Positions 37,713 to 47,758 of a stretch of DNA of 64,000 bases are shown in pieces; the stretch's first letter is position 1; each line of letters opens with the position of its first letter. The notes below the pieces were generated by a model. It made no database searches. It saw nothing but the letters and a program-made list of their open reading frames with translations, and was not told the DNA's origin. The stretch is from an uncultured Methanosarcinales archaeon (GTDB lineage Archaea; Nanobdellota; Nanobdellia; Woesearchaeales; GW2011-AR4): positions 48,739 through 112,738 of the forward strand of contig CAYTKI010000011.1 of the NCBI GenBank assembly GCA_964438385.1, given 5' to 3'. The translations under genes were made by a program, and so were the position numbers.

Positions 37713-39991
37713 GCGCCATATATAAATATTATGAGCAGGGTGAGAAGGGAGATTGCAGCCCCTTTAACAAACGATGCGGGTCGATAGGAGAAGCGTATCG
37801 TACCCGGCTTTTCAACAATAACGGCGCTGATAACCGTGTCTGCCCTAAGGATTTCAAGTTGCGTTCCATCCTGCATAGCGCTCCAGTCATCAAAAAGGGA
37901 GAATTTCTCGCTTAGAACAAGTATGCCAGGTCCCTTAGGTGTGACTTCAATCGTATTGGGCGATATTCTTTTCGCATCAACAGGCATAAGCGATCCATTA
38001 AGCGAGCCAAGCAAATCCTCAATATCTGCCGCTTCAATGGAGTTTTTTCCTGATAGCATGTCCGGAAGCACAATCCCTCCCCCTTCCTTGTATTTTTGGA
38101 GGATGGCTGCAAAGTTTTGGTCAACCGAGCCCGCAGCAAGAATCACTGCCTTGAAGGAGGAGAGAAAGTCAGCATCATAATCATTGACGCGAGGCATTTT
38201 CCCATGGACAATCACCGTATGTTTAGGATCAAATTTCGAATCAAGGAGCAGCGCATAGGTAAGCTGCTTTGCCGAATCCAAATCACCGATCACAAGCACG
38301 GCATTGGGCGCAAGGTAATAGCGCGGAAGGAAATCCAGGTTCTCGTAGAGATAGGGACCTGCAATCCAGGTTGTCCACCCGGCTTTCTTGCACGGCGCGC
38401 ATTCATTGAATTTCTGCACAAGCCTATAACCGGAAACATTGACAGGCTTTGTGGAGAGCGCATAGCGCAGGTTGAGGATGCCAAGCAACTTTGTGGAACC
38501 ATAATTCTTCGCGATGCCAAGGAATGAGACATAGTCGTTGCTCCACAGGCTTCCTCCTCCATTGAGGGTCTCAAGGCCGTACTGCGCATAATAGCTGCTC
38601 CCATAAAAGGAGATGATGTCATTGACATCAAAGGTAGTGATCCTGAAAAATCCATGCTGCTCGCCCATGAATTTCGCAGCCTCGTTCTGATCAAACTGCT
38701 CTTGGACATTGAAACCCGCAGGCAGCCCTTTCATGAGCAAAAGTTCCGAGAGTATCGCGGCGCTTACTGCCACTACAATAGCAAGTTGCACTGTACTTTT
38801 TCCAGCAGAATGGAATTTTCTGGAAATCATCTGGAGGAAGTAGAAATACCCATATCCCGCAAGGAGGGAAGCGCAGAAGACGAAGACAAACATCACCCTT
38901 ACAATGTGTCTGGTCTGTGGAAAGACTGGAAGATATTTGTAGAACAATGCCGCAAGAAAGCCGCCTGATGCGAGGAGAACGATAAATGCGCATAGGATAA
39001 CCAAAAAGGCGACCATGCGCCTCTTAAATAAGAGAAATGAACACAGCGCCAACAGTGATGCAGCAATGCCAATGTGGATGGGATGGGAGGACGTCTCCCC
39101 TTTCACCACGACAATCTTGAGGAAATCCTTGAGCACAAAGTGATCCTCCCCGATATATTCCTGGTACGAGACTCCCTGCGCGCGGTTGGACTGGGAGATA
39201 AAGTCAGTGCTTGGCATCACCTTGACCGCAGAGAGTCCAAAAAACACTGCAAGAAGGATGGAAAAGACAACGGCAGTCCTGATAAGATTTTTCTTGATGT
39301 CTTTTCTGATGAGATCAAAAAAAAGATATGTGCCGATGAGGAGTATAGTGTAGAGGAAAGTGATTGCGCCTCCGGAGAATATCTGGAATGCGAGGAGCGC
39401 GCCAGCCGCAATGGAGAAGGGAAAGGGACTCTCCGCTTTTTTTGCCTTGAGCACGCATAGGAAGATGAAGGGAATAAGGGCATACGGCTCAAGGATGCTT
39501 GGGTTTCCTGACACGATGAATTGGTAGATGAGCCCATTAAACATGAACACAAGAGAAGCGATGAATGCGGCTCCTGGGTTCCCAAACAGATGCCTTCCGA
39601 GAAGATACATTCCGGCTCCTGCAAGGAAAAAATAAATCAGGATGGAAAGGTTAATCGCGAGAGGGATGATGCCAAAAAGCATCACAAAAAGATGCGTGAG
39701 GTTGAGGAAAAATACCTGGCCGTCGCCAAAGAGGGGCTGTCCCCCATACCAATAGGGTGTCCAGAGGGGAAGCGTTCCTTGCGCAAGCGCTGCTTTGTAA
39801 TTATAACTGAAGAAGGTCTGCTCATGCAGGTGATGCCCATTGTCCATCAAAGTCTGGGTTCCGATGAAGTTCTTGAAGAAAAAAAGCGAGAGTGTAAAAA
39901 GGGCAAGAAAAGCAAGGATATCCGCCTGCCTCTCCCTGCTGCCAAGCCAGGTAAAGTCATGCCAAGTCTTTTGCTGCGTGGATTCCATCAC
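37673..39991 (-). CDS. YfhO-family polytopic membrane glycosyltransferase (GT-C)
   Basis: 772 aa. N-terminal LWTPYWYGGQPLF matches the YfhO signature loop. Many TM helices plus a C-terminal TM. Confidence 0.6.
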   Translation of the reverse strand: MMESTQQKTWHDFTWLGSRERQADILAFLALFTLSLFFFKNFIGTQTLMDNGHHLHEQTFFSYNYKAALAQGTLPLWTPYWYGGQPLFGDGQVFFLNLTHLFVMLFGIIPLAINLSILIYFFLAGAGMYLLGRHLFGNPGAAFIASLVFMFNGLIYQFIVSGNPSILEPYALIPFIFLCVLKAKKAESPFPFSIAAGALLAFQIFSGGAITFLYTILLIGTYLFFDLIRKDIKKNLIRTAVVFSILLAVFFGLSAVKVMPSTDFISQSNRAQGVSYQEYIGEDHFVLKDFLKIVVVKGETSSHPIHIGIAASLLALCSFLLFKRRMVAFLVILCAFIVLLASGGFLAALFYKYLPVFPQTRHIVRVMFVFVFCASLLAGYGYFYFLQMISRKFHSAGKSTVQLAIVVAVSAAILSELLLMKGLPAGFNVQEQFDQNEAAKFMGEQHGFFRITTFDVNDIISFYGSSYYAQYGLETLNGGGSLWSNDYVSFLGIAKNYGSTKLLGILNLRYALSTKPVNVSGYRLVQKFNECAPCKKAGWTTWIAGPYLYENLDFLPRYYLAPNAVLVIGDLDSAKQLTYALLLDSKFDPKHTVIVHGKMPRVNDYDADFLSSFKAVILAAGSVDQNFAAILQKYKEGGGIVLPDMLSGKNSIEAADIEDLLGSLNGSLMPVDAKRISPNTIEVTPKGPGILVLSEKFSLFDDWSAMQDGTQLEILRADTVISAVIVEKPGTIRFSYRPASFVKGAAISLLTLLIIFIYGAWLLWRLWAQKHP

Positions 39992-40000
39992 TAGTGGCCT

Positions 40001-41098
40001 TTATTTGAGCGCATGGCGCAATACCTTGGCTATCCTTTCTGCGGCATTGCCATCCCACAGGGGAGGCATGCTAGCTTTCCGTATGGTTTTCCCATCAAGG
40101 ATGGAGTTAGCGGCGGCAAGGATTTTTGTTTTGTCAGTGCTCACAAGCACATTCGTCCCACATTCAACGGTCGCAGGGCGTTCGGTATTCTCCCGCAGCG
40201 TGATGCAGGGAATGCCAAGGGCTGTGGTCTCTTCCTGGATGCCGCCGGAATCAGTGAGCACAAGCGCGCAATTGTCCATGAGCGAGAGAAAATCCAGATA
40301 TCCAAGCGGCTCGCAAAGTATCACATTATAATTCAAAATTTTCTTTTCAAGTCCGAATTTCCCTATATTCTTCCGAGTGCGCGGGTGGACGGGAAAAACA
40401 ATGGGCATGCGCTTTCCAAGATCTTCCAAAAGAGAGGTGAGGTGGATAAGGGATTTGGCATAGTCCACATTGCCGGGCCTATGTAGGGTAAGCACCACAT
40501 ATTTTTTTTTGGTGAGATGCATTCTCTCCAGCACATCTGATGATGCAGCCTTCTTGCGATGCGCCAAGAGGGAGTCTATCATGACATTGCCGACAAAAAA
40601 TGATTTCTCCTTTGGGATGCGCTCGTTCTCAAGATTGGTAATGGCGCTCTGTTCGGTGGTGAAAAGGTAATCGGAGATGTGATCAATGATGATGCGGTTG
40701 ATCTCTTCTGGCATGCTCCGATCAAAGCTGCGCAGTCCCGCTTCGACATGGCAGAGGGGGATGTTCATTTTTTTCGCGGTGAGCGCTCCGGCAAGCGTTG
40801 AGTTTACGTCCCCAACGACTACAACAAGGTTTGGCTGCTCTTTGAGGAAGATGCTCTCAAGGGCAGTCATCATCTCGGAAAGCTGCTTTACCGTGCTGCC
40901 ATGCTCCACATTAAGGACATAGTCCGGCCTTGGCATCTCAAGATCCGTAAAGAAGAGTTTTGACATGTTGGCGTCAAAATGCTGTCCGGTGTGGATAAGG
41001 ATCTGCCTGATGCCCTTGCTACTTGAGAATGCAGATATGATTGGCGCTATCTTGATGAAATTCGGCCGTGTGCCAACCACGTGGGCAATCTTGATCAT
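40001..41098 (-). CDS. wecB: UDP-N-acetylglucosamine 2-epimerase (non-hydrolysing)
   Basis: KIAHVVGTRPNFIKIAPI...HVEAGLRSFD...PEEINR...DSGGIQEE. Canonical WecB/MnaA blocks. Confidence 0.9.
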   Translation of the reverse strand: MIKIAHVVGTRPNFIKIAPIISAFSSSKGIRQILIHTGQHFDANMSKLFFTDLEMPRPDYVLNVEHGSTVKQLSEMMTALESIFLKEQPNLVVVVGDVNSTLAGALTAKKMNIPLCHVEAGLRSFDRSMPEEINRIIIDHISDYLFTTEQSAITNLENERIPKEKSFFVGNVMIDSLLAHRKKAASSDVLERMHLTKKKYVVLTLHRPGNVDYAKSLIHLTSLLEDLGKRMPIVFPVHPRTRKNIGKFGLEKKILNYNVILCEPLGYLDFLSLMDNCALVLTDSGGIQEETTALGIPCITLRENTERPATVECGTNVLVSTDKTKILAAANSILDGKTIRKASMPPLWDGNAAERIAKVLRHALK

Positions 41099-41178
41099 GC
41101 TCCAATGAAAGAAAAGCTATTTAAATAATTTCCCATGAGAGAGTGATAAGGCCGCTAGATTAGTGGCTCAGAGGAAAT

Positions 41179-42324
41179 ATGGCAAAACAGGGCAAAAAAA
41201 AGATTCTGAAGGTGGCATCGGTCATCCCACCTCATGTCACCACTGCATCCATGGTGAATCTGCTCAAGGCGTATCGATACATCGCAAAAAAACACCAGGT
41301 TGAGTTTACCATCTTTGTGGATGAAGGCATTCAGGCAAATTTCCCAGGCTTTAGGGTAAAAAAAGTAAGGGGAATGGATAGCAAATGGTTCTACAAGGCG
41401 CTCTTTGTACTCGGATTACCAAGGTTCTACTATCCCTCATTAGTGAAAGAATTGGAGGGCTTTGATGTGATTGAGACCAGCACCCCGGAATTCTACATTT
41501 ACGCATACCAATCATACCTTGCTGCGAAAAAATACGGCTCGCGCCTGGTGCTAAGGACAAGCCAAACCATCCATGATTTTTTCCTCTTCCCCTATACTAA
41601 ATGGGTTGCGCTGCCTTTCGCAAGGAAAACATGCGAGTTTGCGAAATGGCTCTGCTTCACAAATCCTGAGTCCAGGGATTCCTATGTCAAGCTTGGGATT
41701 CTGAAGAAGGACGCGAAGAATGTCATCATTCTTGGCCATGGCGTTGATACAGCCATATTCAGGCCGATAAAAGTGAGGAAAGGTGGAAGCAAAAAAGTGC
41801 TGCTCTCAGTCGGCGCGCTCATGCAGCTTAAGGGCCATCAAAATATCATCAGGGCTCTTGCGTTTCTAAATGGGAAAGGCCATAAAAATCTTGAGTTGTG
41901 GATTGTGGGTAAGGGTGATTACCAAAAAACGCTTGAAGACCTTGCCTCGGAACTTGGATGCACAAGTCAGGTGAAATTCCTTGGAGCAATGGGACATGAG
42001 CAGCTCGCGCTCACATACAACAAATCGGATATTTTTGTCCTCGGTAATATCCACGACGTCACTCCGGCAGTGAGCGAGGCCATGCTCTGCAATCTCCCAG
42101 TGGTTGCAAGCAGGTGCGGTGGCATTGATTTTGTCATTCCTTCGGAAAAAATAGGAATCATCACTGGGTATAATGATCCAAAGGATTTAGCGGTCGGAAT
42201 TGAGCGAATTCTTGGGGACAGGCAGCTGAGGCAAAAGCTGGCAAAAAACAGCAGGAATTTCATCCTAAAGAATTTTTCAATCCAGAAAGTGGCAGAACGG
42301 CTCTACAGGGCTTACACTAGGTAG
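41179..42324 (+). CDS. GT4-family glycosyltransferase
   Basis: C-terminal GT-B/GT4 pattern: LLSVGALMQLKGHQNIIRA...ELWIVGKGD...FVLGNIHD...SEAMLCNLPVVAS (EX7E-like). Confidence 0.8.
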   Translation: MAKQGKKKILKVASVIPPHVTTASMVNLLKAYRYIAKKHQVEFTIFVDEGIQANFPGFRVKKVRGMDSKWFYKALFVLGLPRFYYPSLVKELEGFDVIETSTPEFYIYAYQSYLAAKKYGSRLVLRTSQTIHDFFLFPYTKWVALPFARKTCEFAKWLCFTNPESRDSYVKLGILKKDAKNVIILGHGVDTAIFRPIKVRKGGSKKVLLSVGALMQLKGHQNIIRALAFLNGKGHKNLELWIVGKGDYQKTLEDLASELGCTSQVKFLGAMGHEQLALTYNKSDIFVLGNIHDVTPAVSEAMLCNLPVVASRCGGIDFVIPSEKIGIITGYNDPKDLAVGIERILGDRQLRQKLAKNSRNFILKNFSIQKVAERLYRAYTR

Positions 42325-43604
42325 CGAATCGAGTGTTTCATGTTCTTAGGCGGGTGAAGGTACATCCCAAGCGCCTGGGCAGCAAACATGGTGACCCAGG
42401 AATTGACGTGTTTTCCGGTGTGGTCGTGCTTTTCCCCATAGAACCATGCATCGCCGCTCAGAAAACCGCCATAAGAATGATTTCCTTTTAACAGGCATTG
42501 GTGGGAGAGGATATTGCCTAGCGCATCTTGGAAAAAATCTTTGGGCTGCGGCATCTCGCCTAGGGCATGGAGCAGGATGACTAATCGAATCGCCTGGGCA
42601 TTGATGTCTGCGCTTTCCCGCTCAAGTGCAGTGCCGTCGACATGATGCGCGGAGAATCCATGGCTCTTAAGCCGCGCGGAGAGTATCCAACTAACGCTTC
42701 GCTTCACCGCTTCAAGGTATTTTTTCTCATCAAGCATGACCGCTGCGGTGAGCAGCCCTTCATTGGTATAACAGAATGGATGGAGAAAAGTGTTTCCTGT
42801 CAACTCATCGGTAATGAATCTCCCATCGGGCTGCTGAAAGCGCAGTGCCAGATCGCAGAGCCGAATAGCGGAAATTCTGTATTTTTCTTCTCCTAAGAGG
42901 TCATACAGGTTGAGAAGCCCGATTGCAAGCTTCGCGTGAAACGAGCCGGATTGCTTTGACCATTTGTCTCCCTTATGCTCAAATTCTCCTGTGGTGAGCA
43001 GGTGGCGCGTGAAAAACGATCCGTCCTCTTTTTGCATGGAGAGGAGCCAATCGCCAAGCTGAATGGCAAAATCCTTATGGCGCTGATCTGTTGTCTGCCG
43101 ATAGAGGTTTGCCACACCATTAAGGCACATCCCATTATCAAAGGTGCACGCCCTGGGAGAGAGTTGCCCATCTTTGTGCTCAAGCCGGCACAGGATTGCC
43201 TTTTCCCGATGGTCAAATGCAGTGGCCAAAAGCCAGTCTGCAGCCCGCGCCGCCCTTTCGACAAGAATTTTCTCCGGAGCGATACTGTTAAGATATAGAA
43301 GCGTTGTAATGCCGTAGCCGGTTATCTCGGAATAGGAGAAGGAAAAGGTGTTTGATGAAAGATCATGCCACGCATGAAAGCTGCCATCCATTTTCCCGCC
43401 ATCAAGGTTCTGGATGCCAGAATGCAAAAGCCATTCTTTCGCAATCTCAAGGCGGCTTTGGACATGGCCCTCAACGACTTCATGCGCCAAGGGTATCTCC
43501 CTCTTTGAGATGCAACTCGGGCGCAAGATCGTCCGCCCACACTTCAACTCCCTGTTCTGTTTGGGCACGGATAATAAGGATGCTGCCTTCTCCAGTTCCC
43601 GCAA
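42312..43604 (-). CDS. Hypothetical protein, possible (alpha/alpha)6-toroid fold (AGE/glucuronyl C5-epimerase-like). The N-terminal ~40 codons overlap the upstream gene and are probably not translated.
   Basis: ~430 aa, helix-rich, with repeated aromatic/Gly motifs. No firm family match. Overlaps the formyltransferase gene by 125 nt unless an internal start (~43391) is used. Confidence 0.35.
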   Translation of the reverse strand: MRELEKAASLLSVPKQNRELKCGRTILRPSCISKREIPLAHEVVEGHVQSRLEIAKEWLLHSGIQNLDGGKMDGSFHAWHDLSSNTFSFSYSEITGYGITTLLYLNSIAPEKILVERAARAADWLLATAFDHREKAILCRLEHKDGQLSPRACTFDNGMCLNGVANLYRQTTDQRHKDFAIQLGDWLLSMQKEDGSFFTRHLLTTGEFEHKGDKWSKQSGSFHAKLAIGLLNLYDLLGEEKYRISAIRLCDLALRFQQPDGRFITDELTGNTFLHPFCYTNEGLLTAAVMLDEKKYLEAVKRSVSWILSARLKSHGFSAHHVDGTALERESADINAQAIRLVILLHALGEMPQPKDFFQDALGNILSHQCLLKGNHSYGGFLSGDAWFYGEKHDHTGKHVNSWVTMFAAQALGMYLHPPKNMKHSIRYLV

Positions 43605-44409
43605 GTATCCCTTTTCCTTTCATGATGGCAAGGATGGCACCCGGCTTTCCTTTCTGCGCATGCTGTTCCGCTTTCCACACAAGGATTTTTGTGTTTTTGA
43701 AGGAGGTGAATGCTCCGGGATAGGGTTTGGTGAGAGCCCGCACAAGGTTGAAAATCTCTCGGGAAGGGGACTTCCAGTTGATTTTTCCATCCTCCGGCTT
43801 TCTGCGTGGGAGATAGGTGGCATCTTCCTTGTTCTGTTTTATTCTTGGCGCAGTGTTTTTTGCGAGGAGTGGAAGGTTCTTATGCAGCATCTCAACCGCC
43901 AAAAAATCCGCCTTATCAAAGAGGGTATTGACATCGTCCCTATCATTGATGGGAAAATTCCGCTGCTCGATGATATCGCCCTCATCCACTTTTGCCGTCA
44001 GGTAAAAGAGCGACACTCCCCATTTCTTCTCATCCTTAATCAGTGCCCAGTTAATGGAGGCGGCTCCCTGGTTTTTGGGAAGAAAAGAGCAGTGCACGCC
44101 AATGGTTCCAAGGCGAGGAATATTCAGGATGCTAAAAGGTATAATCTGAGACCATCCGGACTCAAGAATGATATCTGGCTTCAGTTCTTTCACCCTCTGG
44201 ATAATTGTGGGATTAGAGATTTTATCAAGCTTGTAGAGGGGGATGCCATGGGAAGCGCAGAAATCATCAAGCAGGACATGGCGCGATTTGGCAACTGCAT
44301 ACTTGTCTTCAAGGGTAAAAATGGAGGTAATGCGGCAATCCTTATGGCGCACAATCTCCTCCATGAAGCGTTTTGTTGAGAGTGTGCACCCAATGACGAC
44401 AATGTCCAT
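43480..44409 (-). CDS. Formyltransferase-fold enzyme (Fmt/ArnA-N-like sugar N-formyl/acyl-transferase)
   Basis: MDIVVIGCT...GIPLY...PDIILESGWSQIIP...GTIGVHCSFLPKNQGAASINWALI. Formyl_trans_N motifs (catalytic HxSLLPxxxG region). Start placed at the internal Met. Confidence 0.7.
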   Translation of the reverse strand: MDIVVIGCTLSTKRFMEEIVRHKDCRITSIFTLEDKYAVAKSRHVLLDDFCASHGIPLYKLDKISNPTIIQRVKELKPDIILESGWSQIIPFSILNIPRLGTIGVHCSFLPKNQGAASINWALIKDEKKWGVSLFYLTAKVDEGDIIEQRNFPINDRDDVNTLFDKADFLAVEMLHKNLPLLAKNTAPRIKQNKEDATYLPRRKPEDGKINWKSPSREIFNLVRALTKPYPGAFTSFKNTKILVWKAEQHAQKGKPGAILAIMKGKGILAGTGEGSILIIRAQTEQGVEVWADDLAPELHLKEGDTLGA

Positions 44410-44588
44410 GAGCCCTGGAGAGTTCGCTGTTTTAAAAGAGTTGTGGAGAGAATGTTTTTGTGTAAAAATCTCCTGCATAAAAAGTGGGTGGGTATGAGGT
44501 GGGTGAGGTTTAGGATTTATCTTACAAAGCTTCCTTCTACGCAAAACATTTAAAGCTTCTTCAGTAGCCATTCGCCAGGGGAATCATC

Positions 44589-45005
44589 GTGAATAGCTAC
44601 ACCTATGGGGAGATTGAAGTTGGGCAATCTGCGTCATTTGAAAAAACAATCACAAAAGAGGACATTCTTTTATTCTCAAAATTGACAGGGGACAAAAATC
44701 CGCTTCATGTGGATGAAGAGTACGCAAAGCAGACAAAATTCAAGAAACCAGTTGCATTCGGGCTCCTCATCAGTTCCCTGTGGTCTACAATTGCCGGAAT
44801 GCATCTTCCAGGGAAGCATTCGCTGATACTTTCTGTGCAGTCTAGTTTCAGAAAGCCCTGCTTCGTAGGGGATACCCTGACAGTAGAGGGTGTGGTGAGG
44901 CAGAAAGTGGATGTTGGAAGCATCCTCGTCCTGGGCCTCTCAGTGAAAAACCAGACTCGCGCGATTGTTGCTGATGGGGAGATGAAAGTGCAGGTGCTAA
45001 AGTGA
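44589..45005 (+). CDS. MaoC-like (R)-specific enoyl-thioester hydratase/dehydratase (hot-dog fold)
   Basis: 138 aa. LTGDKNPLHVDEEYA...FGLL is the MaoC hot-dog signature. Confidence 0.75.
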   Translation: MNSYTYGEIEVGQSASFEKTITKEDILLFSKLTGDKNPLHVDEEYAKQTKFKKPVAFGLLISSLWSTIAGMHLPGKHSLILSVQSSFRKPCFVGDTLTVEGVVRQKVDVGSILVLGLSVKNQTRAIVADGEMKVQVLK

Positions 45006-45709
45006 AGCAGGCAGTCATCCTTGGGATAAGCGGGGATCTTGGAAAAGCGATAGCGCGGATGCTGTTGAAAAAGGGGTATCGTATTCTGGGGACCTCCCAC
45101 ACCCATCAAGCGGAGGAGTTTGCAGGTAATGGGAATGTCGAGGTCGTTTCCCTCGACCTTTCCGACGCAAACCAGGTGGAAAAATTTTGCAGCCAGATTG
45201 GGAAGCTGGAGGGCATTGATTTCATGGTGAATACCATAGGAAGCTACACCATGGGCCGCTTTGAGCAGATCCCATTTGAGACATTCCAAAAAGATTTCAA
45301 CCTCAACGTGCTGCTTTATATTCAGGTGCTTCAGAAGGCATTTCCAAAATTCAGAAAAGATGCAAATCTCATCTTCATATTGACGGAGATGGTAGTTGGT
45401 GACCCGAGCTATTTTCTCACGCCTTACGTATCATCAAAGTACGCCCTCCTTGGGCTTATGAGGGCGCTCGCAGGAGAGCTGAAGCAGCGTGGCATTCGAG
45501 TAAATGGAGTCTCTCCGGGGATGATGGATACAAGATTCATAGCTTCAGTTCCGCGCATCGTAAAGGAGCAATACCTGAGAAATTCCCCCTTGGGTAAGTT
45601 TGTGGATCCAAAAGAAGTTGCCAATGTTATTGAGAATATCGTGGATGATCCTTCCATGAACGGAGAAAATATTCCTCTCTTGGGAAAGAAAATGCCGCAG
45701 GGAAAATGA
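45002..45709 (+). CDS. Short-chain dehydrogenase/reductase (SDR)
   Basis: AVILGISGDLGKAIA (TGxxxGxG-like), YVSSKYAL (YxxxK). 4-nt overlap with the MaoC gene. Confidence 0.75.
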   Translation: MKQAVILGISGDLGKAIARMLLKKGYRILGTSHTHQAEEFAGNGNVEVVSLDLSDANQVEKFCSQIGKLEGIDFMVNTIGSYTMGRFEQIPFETFQKDFNLNVLLYIQVLQKAFPKFRKDANLIFILTEMVVGDPSYFLTPYVSSKYALLGLMRALAGELKQRGIRVNGVSPGMMDTRFIASVPRIVKEQYLRNSPLGKFVDPKEVANVIENIVDDPSMNGENIPLLGKKMPQGK

Positions 45710-46041
45710 GGATTGGAATAGATATCGAGGAAGTGAAGCGTTTTGTGCTCAGTAGAAATCACCCTTTTATCAGGCATGCATTCACAAAAAAAGAAATGAG
45801 GTATGCGTTTTCAAGGAAAAATCCTGCAATGCACCTGTGCGGGTTCTTCTGCGCAAAGGAGGCGCTCATAAAGGCCCTCTGCCCTGCTTCGCTTCTTCTC
45901 AGGGAGATAGAGATTACGCACGGAAGGAATGATGAACCAAAGATGAGCATTCTCAAGAAAAGTTTAAAAATTCGGAAGGGGATTGATGTAAGCATCTCCC
46001 ACACGGAAAAATACGCAGTGGCAGTTGTGATGGGGAAGTGA
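45706..46041 (+). CDS. acpS: Holo-ACP synthase (4'-phosphopantetheinyl transferase, AcpS type)
   Basis: 111 aa. MRIGIDIEEVKRF...FTKKEMRY...FCAKEALIKAL...VSISHTEKYAVAVV. Classic AcpS blocks. Confidence 0.75.
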   Translation: MRIGIDIEEVKRFVLSRNHPFIRHAFTKKEMRYAFSRKNPAMHLCGFFCAKEALIKALCPASLLLREIEITHGRNDEPKMSILKKSLKIRKGIDVSISHTEKYAVAVVMGK

Positions 46042-46054
46042 GTGGGGAAGTCTC

Positions 46055-47758
46055 ATGAAAAAGATTAAGGTCGCGATTCTTTGCTCATACACCATCAACA
46101 ACCTTGTTCCTCCGCTAAAGGACGTTCTCTTGGAAAAGGGGTTTGATCCGGAGATCAGGTTTGGCGGGTATAACCAGTTTATCCAGGAACTGATGGATAA
46201 GTCCTCCTGGCTCGCAGATTTTAAGCCGGAAATCATTGTCGTTGCCCTCAGCGCAAGAACCTATCTTCAGGATCTTGAATATTATCTGTTGGATCTTTCA
46301 GAAACCGAGATAAATGGTCTCATTGATGAAAAATCCTCTTTTCTTCTCAGCGCAATTCAGGCATACCGGGAGCCGGCAAAGATTATCCTCACCACTTTAG
46401 ACTACCCCAATTACTCTCCGCTCGGCATAATGGACCTCATTTCTGACGTTGGGATGAAACATGGTATCGACCGATTCAATTATGCGCTCGTGTCATTCGC
46501 AAGGAAAAATCGCCAAGTTATCCTCATTGATTTTGATAAAGTGCTCTCTGGCATGGGAAAGGTGGAAGCGACCGACGAGAAGATGTATTATCTGGGAAAG
46601 CTTCTCCTACGCAATAATGCGGCAGCCGCCTTTGCTTGGGAGATTGCCGGCTGCATAGCGGCAACCTTTGGCCAGAGGAAGAAATGTATCGTTGTGGATC
46701 TTGATAATACCTTATGGGGAGGGGTGATTGGGGAGGATGGGGCAAATGGGATTGTGATTGGCGATGATGGGGTGGGCAGCGTCTATCGCGACATCCAAAG
46801 AATCCTTTTGAATTGGAAAAAATCCGGCGTGCTCCTTGCCATCGCCTCCAAGAATAACCCTGACGACGCCATCTCCGCGTTCAGGGAGAATGGGGCAATG
46901 GTGCTTAAGGAAGAGGATTTTGTGGCGACAAGGATCTGCTGGGAGAGCAAGTCAAAGGGGATCGCCTCCATCTCAGAGGAGCTCAATATCGGACTTGAGA
47001 GCTTTGTCTTTCTCGATGACAACCCTGCCGAGCGGCTGGAGGTGAGGACGCACCTTCCGATGGTTGAGGTCATTGATGTCCCGCAGGATATTGCCCTTCT
47101 TCCGGAAATGCTCAAGGGGCTCCGGCTCTTTTGGGCGCTCGCGCTCACAGAGGAGGATAAGCAGCGCCATGGGCTGTATATGCAGGAAAAAAGCAGGGCG
47201 GTGCTGAAGGAGAAAGTGTCTGTTGATGATTATCTTAGGGAGCTTGGCACATCAATAGTGGTGAAGAAAAATGATCTCTCCTCGCTTGAGCGGATAACGC
47301 AGCTCATCAACAAGACCAACCAATTCAATCTGCGCACCCAGCGCTACTCTCAGGAGCAGGTAAAAGCGCTTATGGAGTCAAAAAACAGCATGGTACTCTC
47401 GCTCCATGCTGCGGACAAATTCGGAGATCTTGGTCTCACCGGAATTATCATCATCAATAGGCAGAAAGAGAATGAATATTTTCTGGAAGGCCTTCTCATG
47501 AGCTGCAGGATTCTGGGGAGAAATATTGAGCGCCAGTTCTTCATCGAAGCGATAAAAGTGCTGAAAGGGGTGGACCCCTTGGCCATCCTGCATGCGGAAT
47601 ACGTCCCGACACAAAAGAACGGCATGATAAAGGATTTTTGCGCTCAGATGGGTTTTAAGATGATGGGGGAAGGGGATGGCAAACTATCATATTCCCTATC
47701 GCTTGGACAGTATCAGATTCACGATGTGCAGTCAATTGAGGTGAAACACTATGGATAA
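46055..47758 (+). CDS. FkbH-like HAD-superfamily (subfamily IIIC) enzyme; predicted (glyceryl-)acyl loader onto a carrier protein
   Basis: 567 aa. Central HAD core CIVVDLDNTLWGGVIGEDG...ASKNN...FLDDNP with a C-terminal FkbH-like region. Immediately upstream of an ACP gene, overlapping it by 8 nt. Confidence 0.65.
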   Translation: MKKIKVAILCSYTINNLVPPLKDVLLEKGFDPEIRFGGYNQFIQELMDKSSWLADFKPEIIVVALSARTYLQDLEYYLLDLSETEINGLIDEKSSFLLSAIQAYREPAKIILTTLDYPNYSPLGIMDLISDVGMKHGIDRFNYALVSFARKNRQVILIDFDKVLSGMGKVEATDEKMYYLGKLLLRNNAAAAFAWEIAGCIAATFGQRKKCIVVDLDNTLWGGVIGEDGANGIVIGDDGVGSVYRDIQRILLNWKKSGVLLAIASKNNPDDAISAFRENGAMVLKEEDFVATRICWESKSKGIASISEELNIGLESFVFLDDNPAERLEVRTHLPMVEVIDVPQDIALLPEMLKGLRLFWALALTEEDKQRHGLYMQEKSRAVLKEKVSVDDYLRELGTSIVVKKNDLSSLERITQLINKTNQFNLRTQRYSQEQVKALMESKNSMVLSLHAADKFGDLGLTGIIIINRQKENEYFLEGLLMSCRILGRNIERQFFIEAIKVLKGVDPLAILHAEYVPTQKNGMIKDFCAQMGFKMMGEGDGKLSYSLSLGQYQIHDVQSIEVKHYG

